From: the human T2T-CHM13v2.0 reference genome, Homo sapiens
DNA: 64,000 nucleotides
Assembly (NCBI RefSeq): GCF_009914755.1
Contig: NC_060929.1
Strand: one strand, 5' to 3'
Position numbers and translations under genes: made by a program. Positions 16,113 through 28,919 of this stretch are shown here, one piece after another; the stretch's first letter is position 1, and every line of letters starts with the position of its first letter. The notes beneath the pieces are model-generated. The model saw nothing but the letters and a program-made list of their open reading frames with translations, was not told the origin of the DNA and did no database searches.

Positions 16113-16598
16113 TGTCAAGAATTGTGAAGGATCTAAGATTTTAACCTGCTTTCATGCTAATAATTTGATCTACTTCAGTCTCACGGATGCTGTCAGAAAA
16201 TACAAGACTCCTGGGTCAGAGACAAAAGACAATTATTCAAAGCACAGCAAGTAGCATGAGTTCATATTTATGTCAGTTTCCCTTGCCCCAATTCCCACAG
16301 AATGAAGTGAAAAGGGCCAGGTGACTTTGCACATATAGGTGACAGAGGGTAGTGTGTTCCAGGAGAGGATACCGAGATGAGAGAAACCAAATATTTTATA
16401 CTGAGCAGTAAGCCTATCTGACCTTCACCCCAGAGGGAGACATTCTGGATAGTAAACAAATCTGTACTTTGCTCTGGAGAAAGACACTGTATCTGTCTCT
16501 GTCTTCCAAGGCTGCTCCTTACATAAACATCCTTGAAAAGACAAAGGGAGCCAGCTGGTAAGAGACACAGGAGACCCATGGAGAATTGTCTCCTAATG
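16113..16598 (-). mobile_element. ERV1 solo LTR (MER34-family)
   Basis: Ends gagacccatggagaattgtctccta, the reverse complement of the remembered MER34A start; other end tgtcaagaattgtgaagg. Confidence 0.65.
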
Positions 16599-17332
16599 CT
16601 CAGAATTCCTCAGACTTGCACACATCACCTAACTGGATATGTCATCTTGTCCAAGTCCAGGACAACCAAGGTCCTGGGAGCACCTTAGAACAGGGAGCAC
16701 AGTGGCCTCTTATTCCAGCAGACACCAGGCATGTGGTAGGCACTGCACAATCGCCTCTGGTAACCACCAGAAGTCAATAGCCCTGCAAGGCCTTAAGACT
16801 TGAGTATCAGGACCTGGCAGTGATGAGGGTGGGGAGTCAGGGGGAGATGATAGGGAAAGGATTACAAAACAAAAGTGAAAGGCAAAATGAAATGCAAAAA
16901 TCCAAGTGACGTCACCTGTGTCTTCCTTAATTTGCTCATTTGCTGGATGGGAATAATCCCTACCTCCTAAGGCTGGGTGAGGATTTCCTAAGGTCAAGCA
17001 TGTAAAATGCGTAGCATGGCTCCTGTAACTACGAGAGCTCCACAAATGCAAACTATATGACAAGTGAGGAACATTAGATGACAGTCATGCTTCGATTTAA
17101 GTAAAGTTAATTGTAAAAATATAAACTTCCTAGAGGAAGTTGTTCTTCGTTCCTGCGGCTGTTGTTCTAACAAGTTAATTCCTTTGGTGGATTTCCAGTA
17201 AGATCCAATTTGCAAAAAAATGCATTTGGCACCAAATATTTCATAACCCATCTAAATACATACCCTGGGCCAATTTGTGTTGCTGTAGAACCACCCGTCC
17301 TTACTTCATGCTATTCGTTGGAGTATAACAGC

Positions 17333-17472
17333 GCGTCTCAAACAAGAATCACCCCCTGGGGTTTGTTAAGACAGATTCTGATTTACTAGGTGTGGGATGA
17401 TGCCTGAGATTCTGCACTTCTATGAGCTCCCAAGTGATGCCACTTGTTCAGGAACCATACCTTGAGTAGCAA
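17333..17472 (+). mobile_element. MER5A-like hAT-Charlie MITE
   Basis: agaatcacccctgggg...cagattctgatt...gagctcccaagtgatgcc...cttgagtagcaa. Confidence 0.7.
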
Positions 17473-18129
17473 GAGAACATAAAAAAGCCAAAGGAGGAGT
17501 GGCAGCCTTTTGCCAGCCACTCTGTGGTTGTCATTAGTGCCTGCCTTTGGGTGGGTGCTTTCTTCTTTAGCCCACGCTCCAGCCCCTTGACTCTTACCTA
17601 CTGTAGAATCTGCACCACCTCATGGCCCCATGTGTCCTCCACCCCACCACCCAACCCCTGTTCAATTACCCAGAGGAGGCGGGAGGGAGGAGTTTTCCGT
17701 CAACTGTTCCCCTCCCCTCTCAGGGCCAAGGGGAGGCTGGGCCACCCGCCTCTGTTTACTATAAACACAAGGAGCTGCTGTTCGGGCTTCCACTAACCCT
17801 CTCTCCACCTCCCAGGGCTTCTGTTGGCCCAAAGCTCCTGGAGGCCACCTTCAGCCTCCCTCTCTCCCTAAAGCCCTCGTCTAGGGCTGACCCTGGAGGC
17901 TGCCCCAGATCCTCAGAAGGGGAGCTGCAGAGGTCTTAGGATGGATCTGCTGTATCTGAACTGACACAAGTTTTCTTGTGCCATATTGGTGACATCCCTT
18001 CCTCCTGCTCTCCCTCCCTCCTGTTCACTTGACTTCTTCTACCTTTCTGTAGTAGTCAACACTCTTAGTTACAAGTGACGGATATACTGCACAAACTAGC
18101 ATTAGGAGGAAATATAAAAGAATAAAACA

Positions 18130-18419
18130 GGCTGGGCGCAGTGGCTCACGCCTGTAATCCCAGCACTTTGGGAGGCAGAGGTGGGCGGATCACGAGGTCA
18201 GGAGATCGAGACCATCCTGGCTAACATAGTGAAACCCCATCTCTACTAAAAATACAAAAAATTAGCCGGGCCTGGTCGCGGGTGCCTGTAGTCCCAGCTA
18301 CTTGGGAGGCTGAGGCAGGAGAATGGCGTGAACTTGCAGTGAGCCGAGATCGTGCCACTGCACTCCAGCCTGGGCGACAGAGTGAGATTCTGTCTCAAAA
18401 AAAAAAAAAAAAAAAAAAA
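18130..18419 (+). mobile_element. AluY with ~14-bp internal deletion
   Basis: AluY diagnostics gagatcgagaccatcctggctaac and gagaatggcgtgaac; pure A tail; TSD aaaagaataaaaca. Confidence 0.95.
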
Positions 18420-20689
18420 GAATAAAACAAAAAACTAGTGGCTTACAAAACCAAGAAGGGGCTTCAGGTTCGGCTAGATCCAGGGGTTCAAATGATATGG
18501 TCAATGCTTGCTTTCTCCATCCCGCTGTGCTGTAATCATCATCTCCTACCAGATTGCATCTAAGAGTCTTCAGCTCTAATTTTATATTTTCTCAGCCTAG
18601 TTAACCTGTTAAAAAAAGGTTCTACCTGAATCAAATGAAACTGTGATGTCCACAACACACTTTCTCTTTCCTTCGGTCCCTCTTTCCACCTCTTATTCCA
18701 GTGTAAATAAGGTAAGGTTGCTATCTTTTGTCCTCAAAGATCTTACAGTCTAATGGGGAAGGCATAGGGTATATACCAATAGCTACAACATTCTATTATC
18801 AGGACCATGGAAAAAAGTATGTGCAGATTCTACACACTTTTATTGGGTTCCTGGTACATGCCAGTTCTACGCTACCCACTTCCACTTCTGTAACCTGAGC
18901 TGACCCACAAGTGTGTGCAGTGCCCGTAGCAGGAGGAGCTGCCAGGGTGCAGCTCATGACAGGGGAATCTCCACTGGGCCATTTCGGCTCACTGAAGCAG
19001 TGTCCCAAGCAGGGAGCAAGGAGAACTGGGAAACCCTAGGCACCTCCAGTGGCTCTGCCTTCCCATCCAAGCATGTCCCATCCAAGCAGGGAGATAAGGG
19101 GCAGTGCAAGGGGAAGGGAAGGGAGAGGGGGCAATAGGCATACATTGTGAGCACAGCTGGGCATAAAAAGTGATGGGCCAGGACTCACGCTGCACTGCAC
19201 CCACGCAATATAAAACTCCTAAACTCATGAGCGTCTTTCATGTGGAGACCAAGGAAGGCTCCAGAGAGGTTCATAACCACCCTGAGATTGTATGCAACAG
19301 GTCATGTGAGTGTGGAGGGTGCAGTTTTTGGGGAGATGGTTGCTAGCTTCCATCACATTCTCAAAGACATTCACTATACCTTCATGACAGACCCAGAAGC
19401 TGACAGTAATGCTCCAACGCTGCTGCCAACCCAGTCCAAGCCACCCTGTAGCTGTCCTACCTTTTCACCTTATCTCCAGGCCTCAATTCAAGGGCCTCAT
19501 CTCAACCCTATCTGACTCTAAACTCCTCATGCTAGCCTGGTTTCAAACCTAGTTCTGCCTACTAGCTGTGTGATCTCTCTCTCTAAGCCTCAGTTTCCTG
19601 ATTTGTAAAATGGCCTGGTAATAACACAATCTTGAGAGCAAAGGCCTCATTAAATGGTGGTCATGGTACCCTCCTTCTCTCACCCTCCTGCCAGTCCCAT
19701 CAGAGAGCTAATAACTTTTATCAGGTGTGGTTTATGTCATAATTCACGTTCTTCTCTTACAGGGATGCTGCAAGGATTTGAGATGATGCTTTTATTAAAG
19801 CATCCAGTGCAACACTTGGCAAGAGACAGTGCAAACTCACAGGAAACTTTTTACCTCCTGACTTCATCTCTTACCCCTTTATCTGATTCCTGCCCTGCAA
19901 GCTGGGTTTCTGAGTCTTCTAGCCCAAAAGGGCCCAGGGAGGTTTCCTGCCGCCACCCAAGGTGTCCTTCCCCACCCCATCTCCCGACTGACATTGGGAC
20001 ACTGAGACCCCAGTAGTTAGGGGTCCATTGGGCCCCTCTCTGGCCCAGCCAAGTCTCTGACAGACACCAGCATTTCCAAGAAAACCAGTTCACGGGGCTC
20101 CATGTAGGAAAAGCAGGCCCTTTCAGGAGCTAGCACTTAGGCAGGATTTCCAAATTTTTTTTCCCCAAATCTTGATGATCTTACATTTAAAACATGTATC
20201 ACCTTGCTAGTTTCTGGCAGCAGTGCCCAGGCACAGAGATATGGGAACTAGAGCTGCTGGGTTCTTACATTCTCAGCTGAGGGAAGCCTCCGCCCTTCCC
20301 ACACACTGCTTTGCAGGGCAGCACCCCCAGCGCTTACCCACCAGGGAACCGGGCCTGTTCAGTGCTCTCTGAGCAGCTGTCCCAGATTCCCCCAGAAGGC
20401 CAGGAATGGGTAGGCTGAGGTCCGAGGGCCAATTCTCAGAGACAGAGCAAACCCTGCCTGATTCTAGAGGGAGTTGCAGCTCAAACCCCTTGGAGACAGA
20501 AGAGGGAAGGAGAATTAAAGCGTAGTAAGTGTGTCTATGGACCAGGTCCTTTGGGAACAATATCTTATTTAAGCCACATAGCGGCCTTGGAATAAAGATC
20601 ATTATAGCCAATTTGCACCGAAAAAGCAAAAGAAAAAGACCCTGTAAAGTTATCTTATTCCAAGGTCACACCGCTGAAGGTGGCAGAGT

Positions 20690-20895
20690 CAGGGTTTGAC
20701 CTAATTCTGCTCACTACTTTCTGGCTGTGCAACCTTGGGTAACATCCTTCCTCTCTCTGGGCTTCAGTTTCTATATCTGTGCAATGTGGCACTAAAAATA
20801 CCACCTCATGAGATGCTCTGCAGCTTCAGTGAGATAGCCCACGTCAAGCACTTGGCATGGTGCCAGGCACACAACACATTTTTTGAATGAATGAG
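20690..20895 (+). mobile_element. MIR SINE
   Basis: ctgtgcaaccttgggtaac...ctctctgggcttcagtttct...cacttggcatggtgccaggcac. Confidence 0.7.
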
Positions 20896-23036
20896 TGAGT
20901 GAAGGAATGAATGATTGGGAGGCAACTCAGCTCCAGCCCCATTTAAAACTGTATTTCATCCATGATTTGTGGAGCTCATATTGACACCAGAGTGTGCCAA
21001 GTTTCCCAAGTTTCCATCAGTCTTCATGATATCAGCCTGAGAATTTTTCTTCACTGAAAGAACTTCTCCAACTCCACTAGTGAAAATCCTGTCTGGCCAA
21101 TGGCCACCGACTCTGAGAGTCTTTGTGGGAACCCAGCAGCTGAATGTAGAGACCTGCCTGACACTCTCATTGCAGAACGTTCCACGTCCTAGCTAGGTGT
21201 ACCCGTTCTTTAGCTCCTCTAAAAGCACTGCCTATTGCTGGAGGCAAAAGACCAAGCCCCCAGAATAACAGGAGCCCTGAAAATAGCTTCCATTCAGTGT
21301 GCCCCCTGAGGACAGACACCACCTTGCCTCACCACTGTGTCTTCAGGTTGCTGTGGGGTGCCTCGCACCCGAGAGATGCTCAATAACTGTTTGTGGAGTG
21401 AATAGAATCCAAAAAGAGTTGAACATAAATGTGCAGGACTTGCTAATTCTTCTGTGTGCAGGCAACACTGGGGCTTCAGGGGGATGCTGGTGCCCAGCAA
21501 CAACTTGTGTGTGGCCCTGGGGTCTGTTTCCAGGACGGCGGGATCCCCTGGTCTGTATTTTGTGAAAAGATGAGTTCCCTGGATCCATTTGACTGGGTTT
21601 CATTGAAGGACATTTGAAAAAGGAAACTGGGGAAGGCAAATTAGCCTCCCTGGCTTCCTGCAGAGAGCACCTTTTATGAGACTGTCATTTCGAGTTTCCT
21701 CTTCCTCTTGTTTGGTTCACACATTCCCACAACCTCCCTCAGAGAACAGATTGAACCCCTATTTTCCTCATTAAAGATCACATCAGTGCAAGGACATCCT
21801 GTCTGGATGGGTAGGAAGTGCCCCAGGAGATGTCTATCGTGCGTCTGGGCCCCACAGGAGCAAGCTTCTGGCTGCCATCTCTTAGGATCTCACAGCCTTT
21901 GGACCTTGCAACAGCACCTCTCCCCAGTGTTAAGCAGACCCAGGGCTGATTGCCAGTCACTTCCAGAAGGATGGAGTTCAAAGGGACATCTGGAGCAAAC
22001 AGACTTCGGGTGGCAGGTGAGCCGCTGGGTGCAGCATGAGCAGGGTCTCCCAGCAGAACAGGACAGGCATCCATTGGAGGGGTTAAGACTTTGAACACTG
22101 GGGTATAAAAGTTCAGGGGCCCAAACTTGGCTCCACCACAAACCAGTTGTAAGACTTTGGGCAAGTTATTTAATCTTTTACAACCTCAGTTCCCAAACTA
22201 CAAAATGAGCCTAGCAATAATGTCTCATCATGATACATTTTTAGATTAAATGAGCCAAAGCCTGTAAGTATCTGGTGCTTGGGAAATGCAAAGTCACACA
22301 GCTGCTGGTGGGCACGCATCGCTTGGGCATCATATAATCTGTCTTGCCCACTAGACTGTGAACTACTCGAGGGCAGGAACTCGGGTGACCAAGACAGGGC
22401 CTGGCCCGTAGTAGATGCTCATCAGTTATTTGTTGAAGACATGTCAGACAAGGCTGAGTGGAAATGACACTCACTGTTGTAATGTTAATAGTAGTGGTTT
22501 ATTTTCCTGTCTCCTTAACTAGACTGAGGTCCTAGAGAACACAGATGAGCCTTATTCTTCCACGTATTCCCAGTGCCTAGGACACTCTCAACCTCTCTGA
22601 GTCCCTGTTTCCCCCATTTATTCCCCCTGTTTAGAAATAGAAGCCCTACTTGGCAGGGTTTCTGAAGGTAACATGAGTCAACATATGTGAAACACTTTGC
22701 ATGGTGCCTTGCCTTCGTAAGAGCCCCATTATGACAACTGTGATCATAACTACTTTACATAAAGGCTTCTGACCCAGTGTCCAGGGCTTGCAGGTAAGCT
22801 TCCACATACTCCCAGGGTGTGGCCATCTGAGCTGATTCATGGATGAGCTTGGAGACTCCCTACCGTTTACTAAGTGCCAACCTCTTATACACCAAGACCT
22901 GCCTGGGCTCCTCTAAGTGGCAAGTAACTTGCCCGTGATCAGACACCTACTAATCAGTAGAGCTGAGATTTGAATGCAAGCATCTGGCTCCACAGCTGCC
23001 ACGACTGATCTTCACTGTTCAGCTTCCCTAAGGCCT

Positions 23037-23235
23037 GTTAGTTTCTCAGCCTGAGCACAACTGACCTTGTGGGCCAGATGGTTCTTGGCTGTGGGAGGCT
23101 GTCTCATGCACTGTAGGGTGTGTAGCTGCATCCATGCCTCTGCCACTAGATGCCATGACCTCCCCATGCCCCCAGAGTCACAATGACCAAAAATGACTCC
23201 AGACACTGACAAACATCCCCTGGGTTGAAAACCAC
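23037..23235 (-). mobile_element. MER20 (complete donor copy)
   Basis: Reverse complement of the MER20 consensus from gtttctcagcctgagcac to tgggttgaaaaccac, with both ends present. Confidence 0.8.
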
Positions 23236-23315
23236 CTTTCCCCTCTCCCTCTCCCAAACCCACAGGAGCCCTCTCCCATGGGCATACCAAGGCCATCGTC
23301 TCCTGAGACAGGAGT
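23086..23315 (+). repeat. Inverted duplication arm A (230 bp)
   Basis: Exact reverse complement of 24368-24597 by manual comparison; identical peptide in ORFs 23012..23413(-) and 24330..24755(+). Confidence 0.97.
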
Positions 23316-23419
23316 ACCTTGGGAAGAAGCCTGAGCTCTGTCCCAGTTCCACTGATTTGAGAATGACCTGGTGAGTCAACCTCCTCTGTCAGGATCCCTT
23401 TTCTCATCAGCAAAGGGCA

Positions 23420-23985
23420 CTAATGTCCACCAAACTGCCCAACTCAGAAATGTGGGCATCACCCTTGACCCTCTCTCTTCCTCACCACCCTCACCTTATT
23501 ATCTCTCACTCAGTCCTATTGGCACTATCTCCTAATTATTGTTCAAATCCATCCCCTCCATTCTCCCTCCCTCTCCTCTCCTACCTCGGTTCAGGCCGCC
23601 GTGTCTCACCTCTGGATCAGCTTCTCAGACAATGTCTGCCTCCAACCCCGCCTCTCAAGTCCAGGGTGGTTTTCCCAAAACACAAATCTGATCACTCCCT
23701 ACCTTGGGTGTTTTCTGAGAGCATCCTCCACTCCTGAAAGCGTTGAAATGTTGCAAAGCCCAGTTAAACTCTAAGCCCAGACAGAGCTGGGGATAAGCCT
23801 CACTCCAGGCTCTTAGCTCCCTGATCATGAGTTGCCCTGTCTGTCTCTTCTACTGCATGGCACACCCTGTGCAGGCAGGGATGTCTTGGTCCCTGGACCC
23901 TCAGTGTGCAGCATGGGATGCACACAGCCAGCACTCAGCAAGCACTCACTGGGTGGACAGATGAATAAATGGATAGATGGATGGA
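23420..23985 (+). mobile_element. L2 fragment(s) in the spacer of the inverted duplication
   Basis: aaacacaaatctgatcactcc, gcaggcagggatgtc, gcactcagcaagc...gatgaataaatggatagatgga. Confidence 0.65.
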
Positions 23986-24367
23986 GAGTGGTGCAGGCCT
24001 GTGCAGTGCTCTAAGCTAGGGAGGACATCCTGAGCCCCCTGCAAGGGCTCCGGAAATATTTGTGGGGAGACAGATTCCTATCCTCAACTTCAAGGGGTTC
24101 TCCACTGTAAGAGGAAGATCAATGCCCTTCCTATATGGGCATTTCACATCCTGAGGCAGGGATGTGCACAGTGAGATGGACAGGATACAGTAGATTATTT
24201 GCTATGTGCCTGACAGCTCTCCTCTGAGCCAGACTTTTCTTACAGGAACTAGTTAGAGGAGGGGATCACTTCCCAAAGAACAAGACCCTAGAGACTGGGA
24301 GCATCTGACGGACTTTATTTAAAGGAACAGTGACAAGACGTTTCACTGTGTTTACTTGGCAGGTGCA

Positions 24368-24597
24368 ACTCCTGTCTCAGGAGACGATGGCCTTGGTATG
24401 CCCATGGGAGAGGGCTCCTGTGGGTTTGGGAGAGGGAGAGGGGAAAGGTGGTTTTCAACCCAGGGGATGTTTGTCAGTGTCTGGAGTCATTTTTGGTCAT
24501 TGTGACTCTGGGGGCATGGGGAGGTCATGGCATCTAGTGGCAGAGGCATGGATGCAGCTACACACCCTACAGTGCATGAGACAGCCTCCCACAGCCA
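24368..24597 (-). repeat. Inverted duplication arm B (230 bp; truncated MER20 plus unique flank)
   Basis: Exact reverse complement of 23086-23315; the MER20 stops abruptly at acagcca. Confidence 0.97.
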
Positions 24598-25249
24598 CAG
24601 AGCTCTGTTCAGTGGGTTTTCCCTCTAGGGTGGGGGACAGGTTCATTCCAGCAGAGGGGCTGCTGGGGCTGGCATGGCGATGGCCATTAAGGGCACACAG
24701 CACCCTGTTTCCTCATCCTCCCGCAGCACCCTTGCCCTCCCCTGCCTGTCCCTGAGCCTGAGGGAGGGGACCAGCCAGCCAGAACCTGGGGCTGGGGACG
24801 GTGACAGCTGCACCTGCCCAGAGTCAACAGGATTTGTTCCCCTGGATTTTCCACACTGGTGGTTCCAAGATCGGGTCTGATTGCCTGCATACCTTTTAAG
24901 GCCTGCCTGGGAGCAGAGCAGGGCCTTGGGGAGGCTGTGGGCCAGAGGTGTCTGGAGAGAGCTCTCCTGAAGTTGGCAGGTGGATGTGACTCCCATTTAG
25001 CCCCCCTCCCCACCACAGACAGACACATACAAAGACATAATTGGTAGGAGCAAAGGAGCCAGGCCAGCAACAGAGCCTAGACTAGGGACCAGCTGAGGCC
25101 AGTCCAGGTGGGGAAAGAAGGGGCACTGCCAGCTTGGTCTTGAGCCAAGGAGATGCTGGCAGAATGAAAATTAGGGCTCCAGCTCATTGGTTCTAGAATT
25201 GGAGCCTGGAGCCTTTAAGTGAGGGTGATTCAATAATAACTTCTAAGAG

Positions 25250-25425
25250 GGCAGGCTCTGGAGTCAACAACTGAGTCCCAACCCCAGTTTCTTCCCTTAC
25301 TCTGTGTGACCTTGAGCCAGTCCCTTCACTTCTCCAAGCCTCAGCTTCCTCATCTGTAAAATGGGAATTGTTGTGAAGATGAATGAGACAACAGATTAGA
25401 TGTTCAGCCCAGGACCTGGCATGTT
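25250..25425 (+). mobile_element. MIR SINE
   Basis: ggctctggagtca...tgtgtgaccttgagc...gcctcagcttcctcatctgtaaaatggg. Confidence 0.8.
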
Positions 25426-25671
25426 ATGGATTGTTTTGTCTTTGCAGTAAGAGATCATCCCTGCGCGCACTCCCCATCTTCACACAGAGTAGGGACAAGG
25501 GAGAAGTGGGCAGCCTGGAATGAGCGGCAAGTGGGGAGAACAGAGAACAAGCCACTGCTGGGGCATGTGACCCCAGGAGGAGCTTCGCTTGCCTCCATCA
25601 TTCCTTGTCCCATGTGAGAGGCGGCTGCAGAGCTATACTGGAGGAGTGGGTAATAGACTCCTCTTTGTCAG

Positions 25672-26105
25672 TTGTGGTGGGTACAACCGATTACCCAACC
25701 AACAGCCACCCTCCCGCAACTCAAAGCACTTCTTCCTTGCAGACAGAGCTCGCTTTCCATCTTAGAAGCTGAAAATGGTAGACGCTGTCTTGCCCAGGCT
25801 TCCTTACACATGGGCATGTAATTTATTCATGGAAACAAACAACCTCTTTGTTTCTTTCCCAACAACCTTCCCATGCCAGACACTGACATGGGAATGTGAT
25901 GCTGGAAGCTGCAGCTGCCACGTTGCAACCATGAGGGGATGAGCCAAGACCACACCAATGTGCAAAGGACCAGAAAGATGGAAGGGATATTCTGGAACTT
26001 TCGTAGCTCAGAGTTCTTGTAACGTGGGAGGATAAATGAACTCACTGCTTAAACCACTTCTAGGCAGGCCTTCTGTTATTTGAAGCAAAAAGCATTCCAG
26101 CATTT
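25672..26105 (+). mobile_element. Old MaLR LTR (MLT1J/K-like)
   Basis: gtgatgctggaagctgcagctgccacgttgcaaccatgagg; ttctgttatttgaagcaaaaagcattcc. Confidence 0.65.
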
Positions 26106-27964
26106 CTAAACTTGAGAAAGACATTTTGAAAAGTTGTGGGTCTGGGACTCTAAAACAGGTGTTCTTAGAGCCTCCCACTGCCTTTCTCTGGCCCTGGTGG
26201 TAACTGCAAATCTTAGGAAGTCATGGAAAGTTGCTGGGTCTGAGCCACACCTCACATCCCAGCATCTCAAGCCTCCAGGCAGAAACTGGTGAGTCACTGA
26301 GATCTCGGGTGTCGTTCAGTGTGTTTGTCACTCCTTCCACCAACGAAGTAGACTCTGGGGCCTACAGAGTGGCCAGCGCTGGAGAAGGTGATGAGGAGGC
26401 AGAGCTAAAAATGCATGTCTCTGCTCATGTGTTCATTCATGTATTTAATTAACACTTACCCAAAACATCAATATCCCCCAAACTTATTTTAATAAAATGT
26501 GGTGTTTGCTTTGTCATCCTTCTGAATATGCCCTTCAGGCTTCAATATTCCAAAGTAGTCCATGAATGCAGAAATATTGGGAACCACCAATTTGTGCAAG
26601 TCATTAAATCTTTCTGTGTCCCAGTTTCCTTCTCTGAGACAGCAGCTAGTTAAATTTCGTCAGATGGCCTCATTGGCTCTGGCTAAGAATCAATAAGCAG
26701 TCATGGTGTTAAGAGCCCTCCCTCAAGAAGTATGCTACCACAGAGGGAGGTCTAAGCTGAGGTCTAGCTTCATCCTTAAGGTCCCGTGTTCTGGAATCCA
26801 GCGGACTTGGTTTGGAATACTGACTCTGCCAATTGTTTACAGAGTAAATCTGGACAAATTTGACTTTACTTCTCTGGCCCTCAGTATTCACACGTATGAC
26901 TGGGAACACACAGCACCCATCTCACAGGGCATTATCAGGATTCACTGCTCTTAGCTATGGTGAACTCTTGGCACAAGCAAACAATAAATAATAGCTATTT
27001 TATTCTTGTTTTGTTTTTGTCACTGTTAGGGAATCTCCAGTCGTATTGAAACATCTTCTATGAAAGCCTCAGAAAACCCCCCTGACACAATTTATTTTAA
27101 CTTAAGAGTTAGACACACTTATACCTTCCAGTAGCGGAGGAAGGAATATCTCCACAATCCAAAGAAACTGTAGGGGAGTCAGTATGTCAGAGCAGAGGGC
27201 CCTGTAAACAGCATCTTGATCCTTGCCCCCCTCATTTCACCAACAGGGAAACAGAAGGTCAGAGAGAAGAGCTTGGCCTTGGCCAAGGTCACACAACAGG
27301 GGCCCAGATCTCCTAACTTCCCAGGTAATACAATCCTAACACAAAAGCGTCAAGAGTTAGGAATAGACACAATTCGGTTTTCTGGCTGTAAAACATTGGG
27401 AAGAGAAGCAGAAGGAGGGGGTGGAGAACACTAAGCCTAACTGGGGGCCAGTCCTTGGGGAAGACGTGAAGATGAGCTTCTCTTCTTCTTGCCCTTTTAG
27501 TGTCAATTTCTCCATTCTCCTAAATGACCCATATCCTCTCCCTACACACCCTCTAATGTTTGTTCTTAGAAAAGTATAAATTTGAGTTGCAGGGATTGTG
27601 GGCATTTGAATTTTGTGTATTACAAAGAATATGCTTGAATGGTAGAAGTTGATGCATCAAGGATCTGAGTTGGATAGCTACTCTTTAATTACTTGGTGGA
27701 GTCAATGCCTATTGGGATCTGCTCTATGCCCAGCACTATGAGAAACACAGAGCATAAAGACAATTAATCTGATCCCACATCCTGCCCTCATAGCACAGAA
27801 TCTAATGAGGGAGACAGACTCAGGAATCCATCACTAGAGCTCACTAGATGTGAATGATTATGGAGGTGTGTTTACAGCACCAGAGGAAGGTGGTGCAGGA
27901 GGGAGGCATTCTGCTTCTGGGGAGGTGAGATCATAGAAGAAGGGAATCAAGGAGAGAGGAAATG

Positions 27965-28150
27965 TGGGATGGTCTTGAGGAGGGGGGTGAGGGATGGGAA
28001 ATTACCTAATGGGTACAATGTATGCTGATTGGGTGATGGTTACACAAAAGGCCCAGATTTTACCACTATGCAAAATATCCATGTAATAAAACTGCACTTC
28101 TACCCCTTAAATCTACAAAATTAAAATAATAATAATATATATTTTTAAAA
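27965..28150 (+). mobile_element. Short L1 (L1PA/PB/MA-type) 3' end
   Basis: aattacctaatgggtacaatg...aaaactgcacttctaccccttaaatcta; TSD gagagaggaaatg / gagataggaaatg. Confidence 0.8.
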
Positions 28151-28180
28151 GAGATAGGAAATGACACAAGTGGAATCTCA

Positions 28181-28668
<488 letters not shown>

Positions 28669-28919
28669 TTACCCTCTCTGACCCATGCCCACCATCAGGT
28701 AGGTGGAGAAAACATTATAATAGCCACTGTGGCCTTAGGGGGCATAGGGCTGAGCTGAGAAGACATTTTAGAAATGGAAGCCTATAACAAAGTTTCAGCT
28801 GCGGTAACGAGCATCGGGCAGGTAAGAGAGGCAGAGCTTAAAATTTGGAGAAAGAGCTTGCCCTCAGTCTTCCTCCCCCACTTCCTCTCTCCCTTCTACC
28901 ATCATTCCTTCCCTTCTTT

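Noticed and set aside
24330-24755. Two ORFs (23012..23413 minus and 24330..24755 plus) sharing an identical ~76-aa peptide, suggesting a gene pair
   Set aside because: The identity comes from the DNA inverted duplication of a MER20 relic; there is no protein-family resemblance or exon context.
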